A DNA stretch of 64,000 bases from Patescibacteria group bacterium (GTDB lineage Bacteria; Patescibacteriota; Microgenomatia; PFEM01; JAHIFH01): positions 289,111-353,110 of the forward strand of contig DATKWU010000009.1 of assembly GCA_035529375.1 (NCBI GenBank), given 5' to 3'. The notes under the pieces were generated by a model that saw only the letters and a program-made list of their open reading frames with translations, did no database searches and was not told where the DNA came from. Positions 49,469 through 58,520 of the stretch are shown here, piece by piece; within the stretch, counting starts at the first letter, position 1; each line of letters starts with the position of its first letter. The position numbers were made by a program, and so were the translations under genes.

Positions 49469-49753
49469 TCCGCGGTAGCTCAATGGTAGAGCGACTGCCT
49501 GTCAATTTGGCAGCTTTTCGCTGAAAGGCGAATTGAAAAACCGGGTGAATTCAGGGAAACCTAAATCTTTTTGATATGGTAATCCTGAGCCAAGTCCGCC
49601 CAGGCGGAAAGGTGCAGAGACTAGGTGAGTACACCTTAAAGCGCCCGGCACCTAAAGCTTAAAGCTACGGTGATGAGATAGTCCACACCTTTTGGAAACA
49701 AAGGGATTTGTGTAAGCAGTTGGTTGTAGGTTCGAATCCTACCCGCGGAGCCA
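49469..49753 (+). tRNA. tRNA-Asn(GTT), intron-containing (exons 49469-49502 and 49713-49753)
   Basis: TCCGCGG/CCGCGGA-G-CCA; spliced anticodon arm ACTGC-CT GT|T AA-GCAGT; U1-A72 and G73 fit Asn. Confidence 0.9.
49503..49712 (+). ncRNA. Group I intron (IC3-like), 210 nt, no ORF
   Basis: P AATTCAGGGAAAC, Q AATCCTGAGCCAAG, R GTGCAGAGACTAG, S GAGATAGTCC, P3 CCGGGTG/CGCCCGG, P1 CUGU^CA/UGGCAG with U.G, terminal G. Confidence 0.9.
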
Positions 49754-51298
49754 GTTGGAACTTAATATACCAAGTTTAGCCTCATTCAAAACTTGGAGTG
49801 CCGGAGTGTATTCGACCTCCATTATTTTCTTATCTTGTACCCATATCTTTTGGAAGAAAAAGTGTAAATAAGCACGCTTGTGATCAATGTCCGAATCCTC
49901 ATAGGTTTGAACAATATTTCGAGTTAGTTTAAGTACTTCATTTATGATCGAAGTATCAATGGTATTGGTCTTATCCTGTTCCACAAGTTCTTTCTGAATG
50001 ACTAGAGCTTCTGCATCTAGTTGAGTATTATATTTTTGGAGTTGTTCGACAGGAAGTTTGTTATCAAAGTAGTCTTTTTCAATCTTTATTCTTTTTTGGT
50101 CAACTGCATCCCTTTTGTTATATAGAGCTTTTTTAGCGCGCTGAATACGATCAATACTTTCGTCATAAACACGAGTGATATTGGTTTCTACTGCTTGGAT
50201 GAATTCATCAGTAAAGGCTAGCTTATCGACCTCTTGTTTTACTTGGTCCTCAAGATTAGTGAGTAATACATATCTTGAAGGGCAACCACCACGCTTACCA
50301 GTTTGAGAGCAGTGATACATTCCAATCTTTCCATTACCAGTTTTATATTTTTCGTGATAATGCCACTCTGCAACATAACGTCTGCCACAGTCTTTGCAAA
50401 AGACAACGCCCCGAAGAAGAAAGTTGTGTTTTCTCTTGCGAAGACCATAATCGCCTTTTTCTGAGAGTATCTTTTGAACTAAATCAAAAGTCTGCTTATC
50501 AACTAGAGGTTCGTGTTTCCCCATACCTTCATGTCCTCCGTGTTTCATCCAACCCCAATAAAATGAATTCTTAAGCATATTGCCAACAATAGAGTATTGA
50601 ATCGGTTTCCCTTTTCTACCTGTTACTCCATTTTTGTGGAGGTACTGGCGAATATCATAAATTGCATAGTCACGAGTTGCATACAATTTATAAGCCTGTC
50701 GAACAAAAGGAGCTATAGCAGGATCAGGAATGACAATCTTTTTGTCGTAAGAGCCTTCAGGATTTTTATTGACAACATTTAAGTAACCCAATGGCGCCCA
50801 CGAAGGATAATATCCTGCTTTAAACTTTTCAGAAGCTGTTTGTTTGACCTTGTAGCTAGTCATACGAGGAAAGAAAGCGTTCATTACCGCCATCATTTCA
50901 TTCATGGTTCTACTTACTGGATCACCATTAATTACTCCTGAAAGAGGAACGATTTTAACTCCACATTTTTCTAGTTCGCTAACAATGAAACAGTATTCGA
51001 AAGTGTCACGAGAGAGTCGGGATATGTCTTGCACAACAAGATACGCAATATCTTTTTTGTAACATCTACTTAGTAATGCTTGGAAGCTTGGTCTGTTTAA
51101 AGTAGTACCTGAAATCCCATTATCAACGTAGCAATCCTCAGCTAGGTACCCACCTAACTCTTGAATCTTCTCTAGTGCCTTTATTTGTTGGGTTTCAATA
51201 CTAAGATTATCTACCTGATCCATTGTGGACACTCTAGCGTAGATGATGCATTTTGGTTTACTTCCGTGATCGCTATTTATATCTTGTTTTAACTGCAT
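49739..51298 (-). CDS. Large serine recombinase; 3' end runs antisense into tRNA-Asn
   Basis: YARVST (catalytic Ser), SGT..RP, DISRLSR, APLGY, HEPLV, zinc ribbon CKDC..C..C, coiled coil. Confidence 0.93.
   Translation of the reverse strand: MQLKQDINSDHGSKPKCIIYARVSTMDQVDNLSIETQQIKALEKIQELGGYLAEDCYVDNGISGTTLNRPSFQALLSRCYKKDIAYLVVQDISRLSRDTFEYCFIVSELEKCGVKIVPLSGVINGDPVSRTMNEMMAVMNAFFPRMTSYKVKQTASEKFKAGYYPSWAPLGYLNVVNKNPEGSYDKKIVIPDPAIAPFVRQAYKLYATRDYAIYDIRQYLHKNGVTGRKGKPIQYSIVGNMLKNSFYWGWMKHGGHEGMGKHEPLVDKQTFDLVQKILSEKGDYGLRKRKHNFLLRGVVFCKDCGRRYVAEWHYHEKYKTGNGKIGMYHCSQTGKRGGCPSRYVLLTNLEDQVKQEVDKLAFTDEFIQAVETNITRVYDESIDRIQRAKKALYNKRDAVDQKRIKIEKDYFDNKLPVEQLQKYNTQLDAEALVIQKELVEQDKTNTIDTSIINEVLKLTRNIVQTYEDSDIDHKRAYLHFFFQKIWVQDKKIMEVEYTPALQVLNEAKLGILSSNWLRG
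49748..49771 (+). repeat. 24-bp direct repeat, copy 1 (attL region)
   Basis: GAGCCAGTTGGAACTTAATATACC, identical at 60378-60401. Confidence 0.95.
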
Positions 51299-51349
51299 AT
51301 GTTTTACTTACTTCTAAGTGAAATGCCCTATATCTATATGATCAAGCAT

Positions 51350-51658
51350 TTACTCACTAAAGGCACTCCGTAAGGGCTTTCTGATTCGTTCTTCCTGTAC
51401 TTGATCAATTAACAACTGACACCATTGTTGGGCAAGACTATCAATGTCGATACGGGGGGTAGTATCTTTAGAAAAAGGCAACGGGCAAGATAACTGTGTC
51501 GCTTTAGTGGGCTTGTTAACCCTTCCTTTTATCCCTCTTTTTGATTTCATAAGGGCAGGTGTACTACTTTTTTCATTTCTATTAACTTTTTTATTAGAGT
51601 CTTGAAACTCAAGGCTATTGACTCTTGAAATAGTGTTGTTTTCTAATTTTGTAGTCAT
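51350..51658 (-). CDS. Small element protein (possible directionality or accessory factor)
   Basis: 102-aa ORF directly upstream of the recombinase; function is a guess. Confidence 0.5.
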   Translation of the reverse strand: MTTKLENNTISRVNSLEFQDSNKKVNRNEKSSTPALMKSKRGIKGRVNKPTKATQLSCPLPFSKDTTPRIDIDSLAQQWCQLLIDQVQEERIRKPLRSAFSE

Positions 51659-51689
51659 AGGTTTATAGTCAATAAATCAATACAATCTT

Positions 51690-52421
51690 TTAGTTTTCTG
51701 AGCTAATAATTAAATGTTTCTGATATTCATTCCAATCACCATCAAAAAACACATCGACAATATTTTTCTCTTGTTCATTATTTTCGATTGCTACCTTTTC
51801 AGTTACGTTTTCATCAATCCACCTCATATCATCAGGAGTCAAACCTTCATAATGACCTTCTTTATAAATCTTTTGATATTCGGAGTCGCTTCTAACATCT
51901 TGTTGAATAAGAACCATCCTATTAGAACCAATAGGAAAAGAACCTAACTCACCCTTAAAGGAACCTAAAGCTTTAGAGGGTATATTCAAGGCCAAATCCG
52001 TTACTTTTTTAGGAATTATTTTCGCTTTTTCAGGATAAAAACAGACATTTTGAAGAATATTATCGAGAGTTTGAGAAAGTTTTTCCGATTTAGCAAAGTC
52101 AGCCGCTCTGCCTCCAAATGAAACACCGTATCGTTCAGGGAATTTTATTTTGAAAACTGATCTTTTCTTATCAACTATTTCAATGAAGCTTTTATTAAGA
52201 AGTCCATTACGCCAATCATTAACAGTTTCAATACCTTTATTGAAATATTCTGCTACGACTTCGGGATAAGCGATGAATTGACCATAGTTATCGTGTTTAT
52301 GGTCAAAATCCATTGAGTCTAGGTAGTATTCAAACAATAGAAATTCTTGAGAGGTTAAGATTCTCTTTTGCAGGAGAATCCATCTGTTTCTGTGTGTTAC
52401 TCGATAACCATTTAACTTCAT
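51690..52421 (-). CDS. Putative wHTH replication-initiator-like protein
   Basis: N-terminal LTSQEFLLF...VAEYF..GIETV...L.NKSFI pattern resembles phage Rep wHTH; inference. Confidence 0.5.
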   Translation of the reverse strand: MKLNGYRVTHRNRWILLQKRILTSQEFLLFEYYLDSMDFDHKHDNYGQFIAYPEVVAEYFNKGIETVNDWRNGLLNKSFIEIVDKKRSVFKIKFPERYGVSFGGRAADFAKSEKLSQTLDNILQNVCFYPEKAKIIPKKVTDLALNIPSKALGSFKGELGSFPIGSNRMVLIQQDVRSDSEYQKIYKEGHYEGLTPDDMRWIDENVTEKVAIENNEQEKNIVDVFFDGDWNEYQKHLIISSEN

Positions 52422-52485
52422 GAGAACATTCTCTCTAAAAGCAAATGGGAGTTTTATACCGATTCAGAAGCCTGTAAATTGCAGG

Positions 52486-53271
52486 TTAGCGAGTGAGAAG
52501 ATTGGAATATGTTTTTACTGCCTTGAGAACATCAAGATCAGTGGTCAATTCGTTCTCGTATTTTTTGACGTATTCATCGGCTATTTGTTGATATGTTTTT
52601 CCTTTTATCCTCTCCCAGTACCATTCACGGTATTTTCGAGTGTTAGGAGTAACATCAACTCTTGGTCTATAGTATGACAATCGCTTATCAGTTTTCATCA
52701 GTTCTTTTGCTTTGCGGAATTCTTCTTTTACTTCCTCATAAGTGGATGTTGGGGACACAAATATTGCAACTCGTTCAAATGTTTCCCATGCCCCCATTTC
52801 ACCGAAATTAACCACTTTTGCTTCCGTGGGTTTAAAGTGTTTGTCATCAACTGCACCGCAGAATATTGCTTGTTCGATAGCTTCGACAAAATAGGTTGGC
52901 CTGTTAAATTCAAAGCAGATAAAGTTACATTCAGCATCTAGCATTATTGGTATATCGTTTTTGATACTAATAAGTTCGTAGAAATTAGGAAATGACTCCT
53001 CAAGTTCGCCGATTTTAGAATACTTAGCCAAGTTAACCTCAACAGCTTCTTGAAAATGTGTGTCGAACAGATGTGAATCAAATTCTTCGTCAAAATCATT
53101 AACAGAGAATAAGTTGGGAACAAAATATGTCCTTCTTAGGTCAGGAAGTAAATCAATGAAGGCAGGCTTGTCGAACAGGAAAGCAAGCTCTTGATAGTAA
53201 ACGTCGTTGTTTGTTCTTATGTCGATTTTGAAGTCTTGAAGATAGGCTTTGTCGTTCTTTCTAATTTTCAT
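52486..53271 (-). CDS. Hypothetical protein with C-terminal HTH
   Basis: GKTYQQIADEY...VLKAVK. Confidence 0.55.
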   Translation of the reverse strand: MKIRKNDKAYLQDFKIDIRTNNDVYYQELAFLFDKPAFIDLLPDLRRTYFVPNLFSVNDFDEEFDSHLFDTHFQEAVEVNLAKYSKIGELEESFPNFYELISIKNDIPIMLDAECNFICFEFNRPTYFVEAIEQAIFCGAVDDKHFKPTEAKVVNFGEMGAWETFERVAIFVSPTSTYEEVKEEFRKAKELMKTDKRLSYYRPRVDVTPNTRKYREWYWERIKGKTYQQIADEYVKKYENELTTDLDVLKAVKTYSNLLTR

Positions 53272-53296
53272 AATTGTCTGTTTCTATTCTACTAAA

Positions 53297-53322
53297 AAGA
53301 GTCATCGGTTACGATGACTCTT
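53297..53322 (-). terminator. Intrinsic terminator
   Basis: AAGAGTCATCG-GTTA-CGATGACTCTT 11-bp stem with a T-run on the minus strand. Confidence 0.65.
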
Positions 53323-53379
53323 ATAAAAATTACGAAAGATTAAAAGAGAGTGGATTATTTATTTCACAAATAGTATTGA

Positions 53380-55107
53380 TTAGTTACTAGTGTGTTGTGG
53401 GGCTCTTTTTAATAGATTGAGTAGTTCTCCTTTTTGAATTTGAGCTACTTGTTCGGGCATAAGAGTAAACGAAAATTTAGGATTATCTGATTCGGCTGCT
53501 AAAATAGCCGTACCGATTCTTGTATCATCAATATAAATACTCACAAAATAAATTCCTGGTTTTGGTATTTTAAAAATCATATCACCATCTACGGGACTGA
53601 TGACAAAACTGGAAGAAGAAACAACTGTGGCTGTGTCAACAAGAAATGACTCTCTTGTTGAAGCATTAACTAGCCTAATTTCAAGATGATGCGTTCCTAT
53701 TGGTAGCCTAAAAGCACTTGCAATATGTGCTCTGAGCGGAAGTGGATAGTTTTTCCAGTACGACACCATAAATTGATTTTCAAACTTTAGATAGGATTCT
53801 TCGTATATGGACTTTTCACAGATAGTAAAGTAAACCAGTTCAGCTTTGCCAGACTTTTCAATCACTTCGTCTACGCATTTCCTTAAATGATCCATCATTA
53901 TTTCTTGTTGTTTTTTCATAAACACATCTTTTTTATCAGGGGAGGGAACATCTTCTTTAACATGACCAAAATACATTGCACGCCTTCCTATTAATTGTTT
54001 GTCAATATAACATTCCAATATTGCTGGACCAGGTTTTTCTACGGATAAGTAAATCTTGGAAACAGTATCAATTTCTTCTGGTAAATACTCAATGTGAACA
54101 TCTTGACTATATACTTCTTTTTCTTCGAAATTTTTCAATACGAATCTTAGCTTATGATCACCAGCAGAACCCCAAAGACCAACTGCCGCAATTAACTCAA
54201 CCGAAAAAGGGAATTTATGCGAAGCAATATTCGTTAGTGGATTAAAAAATTCAATAGTTCCTGGACTAATTTTAATTCCGGTGCAAGTTAAAAAATAAGT
54301 TAGGTGCCATTTAACAGCTGATTCTCCAGGAGGCATTTCAAAATCATGAAACTGTAACCTTTTTGCAGGTTCAGTGATTAATTTTATTGGCTCAACTAGT
54401 TGAGTGGTTATATTTTTAGTTAAATCGTGTTGCGTCCAAACACCCTTTTCCATTTCAATGCTTTTAGAGTTAGGTTCTTTATCTGGGTCAATGTCAACAA
54501 ATCCATACCACAAGGGTCTTATCCCATCTGATTCGATTAAGATTGTCTGGAATAATCCCCCAACGGTATCTATTCCCTGTCTTCCTAACTCACTTCCTAG
54601 ATTAATGTAGAGCAAATCAGCCTTTTGTTTTAAAGATTGATTAGGTTTTTCAAATAGGTTTGCGTTTTTTCGAAGATAACCAGCAACGATATTACCTGAA
54701 CCAATAACTGTAAATCCTTCATTGACTTTTTGGGGAGCAAAGGATGGAAACTCAAAAGAAGATACTTCAATTTTGCCTGAATTATTAATTGTTCCAAGGA
54801 TAAAAGCTAAGGGCTCTTTTATTTTTTTATAATAGAATTTTGCTATCCTACATAGCTCTGATACCATTACGTTAGGAATATTTAACTTTGATTTTTTCTT
54901 TAGCGTTCCTCTTAGGCTATTTATCACTAACGCTGCTGTTTTAACATCACCAGCGTATCCAATTACCATTCTATTTCCTAAAGGCAATATTTTTTGTAAT
55001 TTATCCTCAAGAATGTTAGCGTTGATTCTTTTATCCACCCAAGTCGCTCGGCTATCAGAAATCATCACTGTTCCTTCTTTGAATTTGTAGGCTAAAACCA
55101 TTGTCAT
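53380..55107 (-). CDS. Proteasome-beta-like Ntn hydrolase fused to two beta-sandwich repeats
   Basis: M-T start, SDSR, QKI, YAGD, IGSG, DTVGG. Confidence 0.7.
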   Translation of the reverse strand: MTMVLAYKFKEGTVMISDSRATWVDKRINANILEDKLQKILPLGNRMVIGYAGDVKTAALVINSLRGTLKKKSKLNIPNVMVSELCRIAKFYYKKIKEPLAFILGTINNSGKIEVSSFEFPSFAPQKVNEGFTVIGSGNIVAGYLRKNANLFEKPNQSLKQKADLLYINLGSELGRQGIDTVGGLFQTILIESDGIRPLWYGFVDIDPDKEPNSKSIEMEKGVWTQHDLTKNITTQLVEPIKLITEPAKRLQFHDFEMPPGESAVKWHLTYFLTCTGIKISPGTIEFFNPLTNIASHKFPFSVELIAAVGLWGSAGDHKLRFVLKNFEEKEVYSQDVHIEYLPEEIDTVSKIYLSVEKPGPAILECYIDKQLIGRRAMYFGHVKEDVPSPDKKDVFMKKQQEIMMDHLRKCVDEVIEKSGKAELVYFTICEKSIYEESYLKFENQFMVSYWKNYPLPLRAHIASAFRLPIGTHHLEIRLVNASTRESFLVDTATVVSSSSFVISPVDGDMIFKIPKPGIYFVSIYIDDTRIGTAILAAESDNPKFSFTLMPEQVAQIQKGELLNLLKRAPQHTSN

Positions 55108-55252
55108 AACTCTCTTTTTCCTCCTCTTGTATTATATCCGAACTATGAGTTTATATACCCGAATAAATTTATTACAATACAAAAAGAAAACTAAAGAAAA
55201 TTCAACCTTTGTCGTTGTGTTATTTCCCCATTTTTGGTTTAATATAAACCAT

Positions 55253-58000
55253 ATGAGCAACATGGGAGAACCATTATCAGGAGCAACACCACTTGAAGCA
55301 ATAAAACCGCCAGTTGTTGCCACTTCTCCAGAAAATCAACCCATTAACCCACTTGCTGAACAATACCAATCTAAAGCACAAGAACTAAAGATTAAACCTG
55401 TGCAGAGTGGTGAGTGGATTGCAACTGATGGCGTTGAATATATTCAATGGGGTGATGAGAAACATCAGTTTGCTTCCAATACAGATGAACAAACTTTCCC
55501 AACCAGATTAAATCAAGTCGGAACCTATGATTCTAATAATGGCACGCTTGCTTTTGTTGATGAAAAAGGCGTAATGCATGCAGGACACTCAACGGATGCA
55601 AATTTTCAAGCATTAGAACAGGCAGGATATAGACGTGGTGGTATTTGGGTTCCATTCTCCAACGGAGAAGTGCCAGCAGATCCAGAATTAAGAAAGCAAT
55701 ATATAGAACTTAGGGAAAAGGGGAGAGAAATAAATAAAAAAGCAAATATTGAACGACACCTTCATGTTTATAGTGAAACCGCTGAGAGAAAAGGAATAAA
55801 ACCTGTTGAGGGGGGTCTGTTTATGATGGTTGATGGTATTGAATACAGACATTGGGGAAACGAAACAGGGACAATAGACACCAATACAGACGGTTATAAC
55901 ATGGCTATTCGAAGAGTTGAACAAGTGGGAACTTTCGATGGTAATAACGGAAGAATGGCTTTTGTGGATGGACAAGGAAGAATGTGGGCTGGTGCAGCTA
56001 CTAGCGAAAACTATGAAGCAATAAATAAAGCTGGTTATACAAGGGGTGGTATCTGGGTTCCCTTCTCTAATGGAGAAATGCCAACCGATAGAGCAACTTA
56101 CGAACAACTAAGGGATGTTTTAACTGGAAAACACGCAGAACAATTAAAAGCCGAAAGGGATGCTAGGGTTGAAGAAATAATTGAAGGAAGAAAAGTTTTA
56201 TTTGGTGATACTGCGATATTGCCAGATAGGAACGAACTATTTGTCAAAGTTGCAGATAGAGCAGAGCGACAATACATAAACGAAGCTGAATTAGTTAAGG
56301 AAAAGTTACAACCCAGAACTGAAAAAGATAACGCTGGTTTTGAACGAAGTATATATACAATTAACGGTGTTACCTTTTCTTTTAAAGGTCGAGAAGAATT
56401 ACCAACTTATCAAACATTAACAAGTTCAAGAACTACGCTATTGGGAGAGGCTCCGAATTGGGTTGAAGTAGAAGATTATCAAAAATATCAAGAACAATTA
56501 AGACAAACTCAAACCCAAGAAGGTGCTACACAACATTTTGTAACAAATAAAACGCTTCTAGGTGTTGTTGAATTAGCAATAACATTAGGAAGTAAAGATA
56601 GTTCACTAACACAACTTCGTGGGGAATTATATAAAGGAGTTTATAGCCAAAGAGCATTGACACTATTAGATGCTTTAGTTGATTCTAATTATGGTGATTC
56701 GATCAGATATGGTGGTAAACCAGAAAGCCAAGCTGAAGCGGTGGTTTTATTATCTTTACTTGGTGATATTCAAGCACAAACTGCTGTTGCTGAAAATGTT
56801 GAGTCGCAAAGAGAATACGAGACAAGCAAACAAGCTCATCGTGAGCGAAGAAAAATTGACAATGAACCATTAAAACCACAGGAATTGTGTGCCGTACATG
56901 CTACAAGGTATAAGCCAGAAGCTACAGAAGATGGGGATTTTTTAATTCCTACTACTTTTGATGCAACTAAAGGAAAGGTATTGCGAAATACAGTTCACAC
57001 AGCGTTAAATCACAAAGTTGCAGGTCATATGTATGGTTCTTGGGGCGATGCGGGATATGTGGTTATTTCGCCATTTGAGAAAATGATGGAAGCAAATGGA
57101 GTTCCAGCAGTTTTGAATACCGTTGATACCTATTGGGCAACTAACCCTGGCGAACCATTAGTTTTTGCTAACGGAACTCTTGTGGCTCCTGGTGGTAATG
57201 AAGTTCAAGGATTGTATCAGCAAGAAGGAAATGTTGTAAAGTTTAAATCGTCTGGTTTAGATAGACAGGATTTAATAAATCTAACTGCCTATTCTAGGCA
57301 AAATGGTTATCAAGATAGTTTTTCAAGAAGTATAGACGAAGCATTAAGCGGAGCGTTACATCCTTATGGTTCTGCTATGGAATTAGCAGATCAGTGGGAT
57401 TTTAGTACTACCCAACTAGCTCTAAATCAATTCCTTTACCATGCAGATAATAGTTATGGTCATCAACCTGCACTTCTAAATTTGTTGACAGTAGAAATTG
57501 AGGGTCAACCGGAATCAAATATCGAAACCAGACTCAAAAATTTAATTGAGCAGTCAGGGGCAATATCGGGATTAAAGCCAGAAGTTACTGATAAAGATAG
57601 TGCTGTTACTACATTTGCAAAAACTCTCGCTGATAGAATTAGGTCAACAATGTTTTCTGAATTGAATGAGTTAACGGTTAGGGAGGCAATTAGACAGAGG
57701 GGATTTGCAGTTCAACCTGGAGGAATGTGGGCTTGGGGTGATAGTTGGACGGTAACTGCAGAAACAGGTGCTTTAGGAGAAGAATTAGGAGTGCCTGTTG
57801 GAGCGCATACCAACATGGTAGACCATACGTTAACAGAAAGATTTTCTGGAGCGATTAGTCAAGCCACAGAGGGAGAACGTGGTAATGGGAAATTTAATTG
57901 GACAAAATATAATGCAAACTATGATGATTTAGTAAAGGACTTGGACCCAAAAACTCGCAGAGTTCTTTATGCTTCAGGACTTTTGACCGCTAGAGGATAA
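55253..58000 (+). CDS. Large hypothetical protein with an internal tandem repeat and a possible ART-like C-terminal domain
   Basis: Two ~135-aa repeats ending GGIWVPFSNGE; VHAT...RNTVH motif; likely ATG 55253. Confidence 0.65.
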   Translation: MSNMGEPLSGATPLEAIKPPVVATSPENQPINPLAEQYQSKAQELKIKPVQSGEWIATDGVEYIQWGDEKHQFASNTDEQTFPTRLNQVGTYDSNNGTLAFVDEKGVMHAGHSTDANFQALEQAGYRRGGIWVPFSNGEVPADPELRKQYIELREKGREINKKANIERHLHVYSETAERKGIKPVEGGLFMMVDGIEYRHWGNETGTIDTNTDGYNMAIRRVEQVGTFDGNNGRMAFVDGQGRMWAGAATSENYEAINKAGYTRGGIWVPFSNGEMPTDRATYEQLRDVLTGKHAEQLKAERDARVEEIIEGRKVLFGDTAILPDRNELFVKVADRAERQYINEAELVKEKLQPRTEKDNAGFERSIYTINGVTFSFKGREELPTYQTLTSSRTTLLGEAPNWVEVEDYQKYQEQLRQTQTQEGATQHFVTNKTLLGVVELAITLGSKDSSLTQLRGELYKGVYSQRALTLLDALVDSNYGDSIRYGGKPESQAEAVVLLSLLGDIQAQTAVAENVESQREYETSKQAHRERRKIDNEPLKPQELCAVHATRYKPEATEDGDFLIPTTFDATKGKVLRNTVHTALNHKVAGHMYGSWGDAGYVVISPFEKMMEANGVPAVLNTVDTYWATNPGEPLVFANGTLVAPGGNEVQGLYQQEGNVVKFKSSGLDRQDLINLTAYSRQNGYQDSFSRSIDEALSGALHPYGSAMELADQWDFSTTQLALNQFLYHADNSYGHQPALLNLLTVEIEGQPESNIETRLKNLIEQSGAISGLKPEVTDKDSAVTTFAKTLADRIRSTMFSELNELTVREAIRQRGFAVQPGGMWAWGDSWTVTAETGALGEELGVPVGAHTNMVDHTLTERFSGAISQATEGERGNGKFNWTKYNANYDDLVKDLDPKTRRVLYASGLLTARG

Positions 58001-58065
58001 CTATAGAAAAGAAAAAAGACCAATGATTAGTCGGTCTTCTTTCGAATATACCTTTTCCAAATTTC

Positions 58066-58317
58066 TCACTTTTTGGAAACTGCTTCTTTTTTAATTTTAA
58101 CCTCTTTAATTTCGTTATTCACCGTTGTTGTTTCTTGAACCTGTTTTGCTTCTAGTTTCTTTGCTTTGCGTCTTGCTAAATATTCCTTGTGTTTGGCACG
58201 ACCTTTTTCACTTTGTTGGTAGCGAAGCCTTGCCTCTTTCCCTTTTGAACTTTGAGCGTATTTTTTTTGGGCTTGTGTCCAACCTTTCTGTTTTTTGTTT
58301 TTAGTCGTTTCTTCCAT
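58066..58317 (-). CDS. Small basic protein with YxQSxKG repeats
   Basis: YAQSSKGK / YQQSEKGR; SD TAAGGAGGTGA. Confidence 0.7.
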   Translation of the reverse strand: MEETTKNKKQKGWTQAQKKYAQSSKGKEARLRYQQSEKGRAKHKEYLARRKAKKLEAKQVQETTTVNNEIKEVKIKKEAVSKK

Positions 58318-58520
58318 GTTTTCGTCACCTCCTTACTTGGTCTAAATGTGTTAATATAATAATTATCAAACACCCTATAAAAGGGTTCACGGGGTAAGAC
58401 TAGGTAAGACGGGGGCAATTCTTCAAGGTTTAGTAAAAGTTCGTAGTGTTTCCTGAAAATTAGGACAATAAAAGAAAATTATGAAAATATCTTTTTATTG
58501 TTATTAATTAAGGAGGCATT

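Noticed and set aside
49501-49710. Alternative intron boundaries giving tRNA-Thr(TGT), or the unspliced GTC read as Asp
   Set aside because: No U.G P1 pair is available at U33, the acceptor stem and G73 fit Asn, and the Asp option lacks a terminal G before AAGCAGT.
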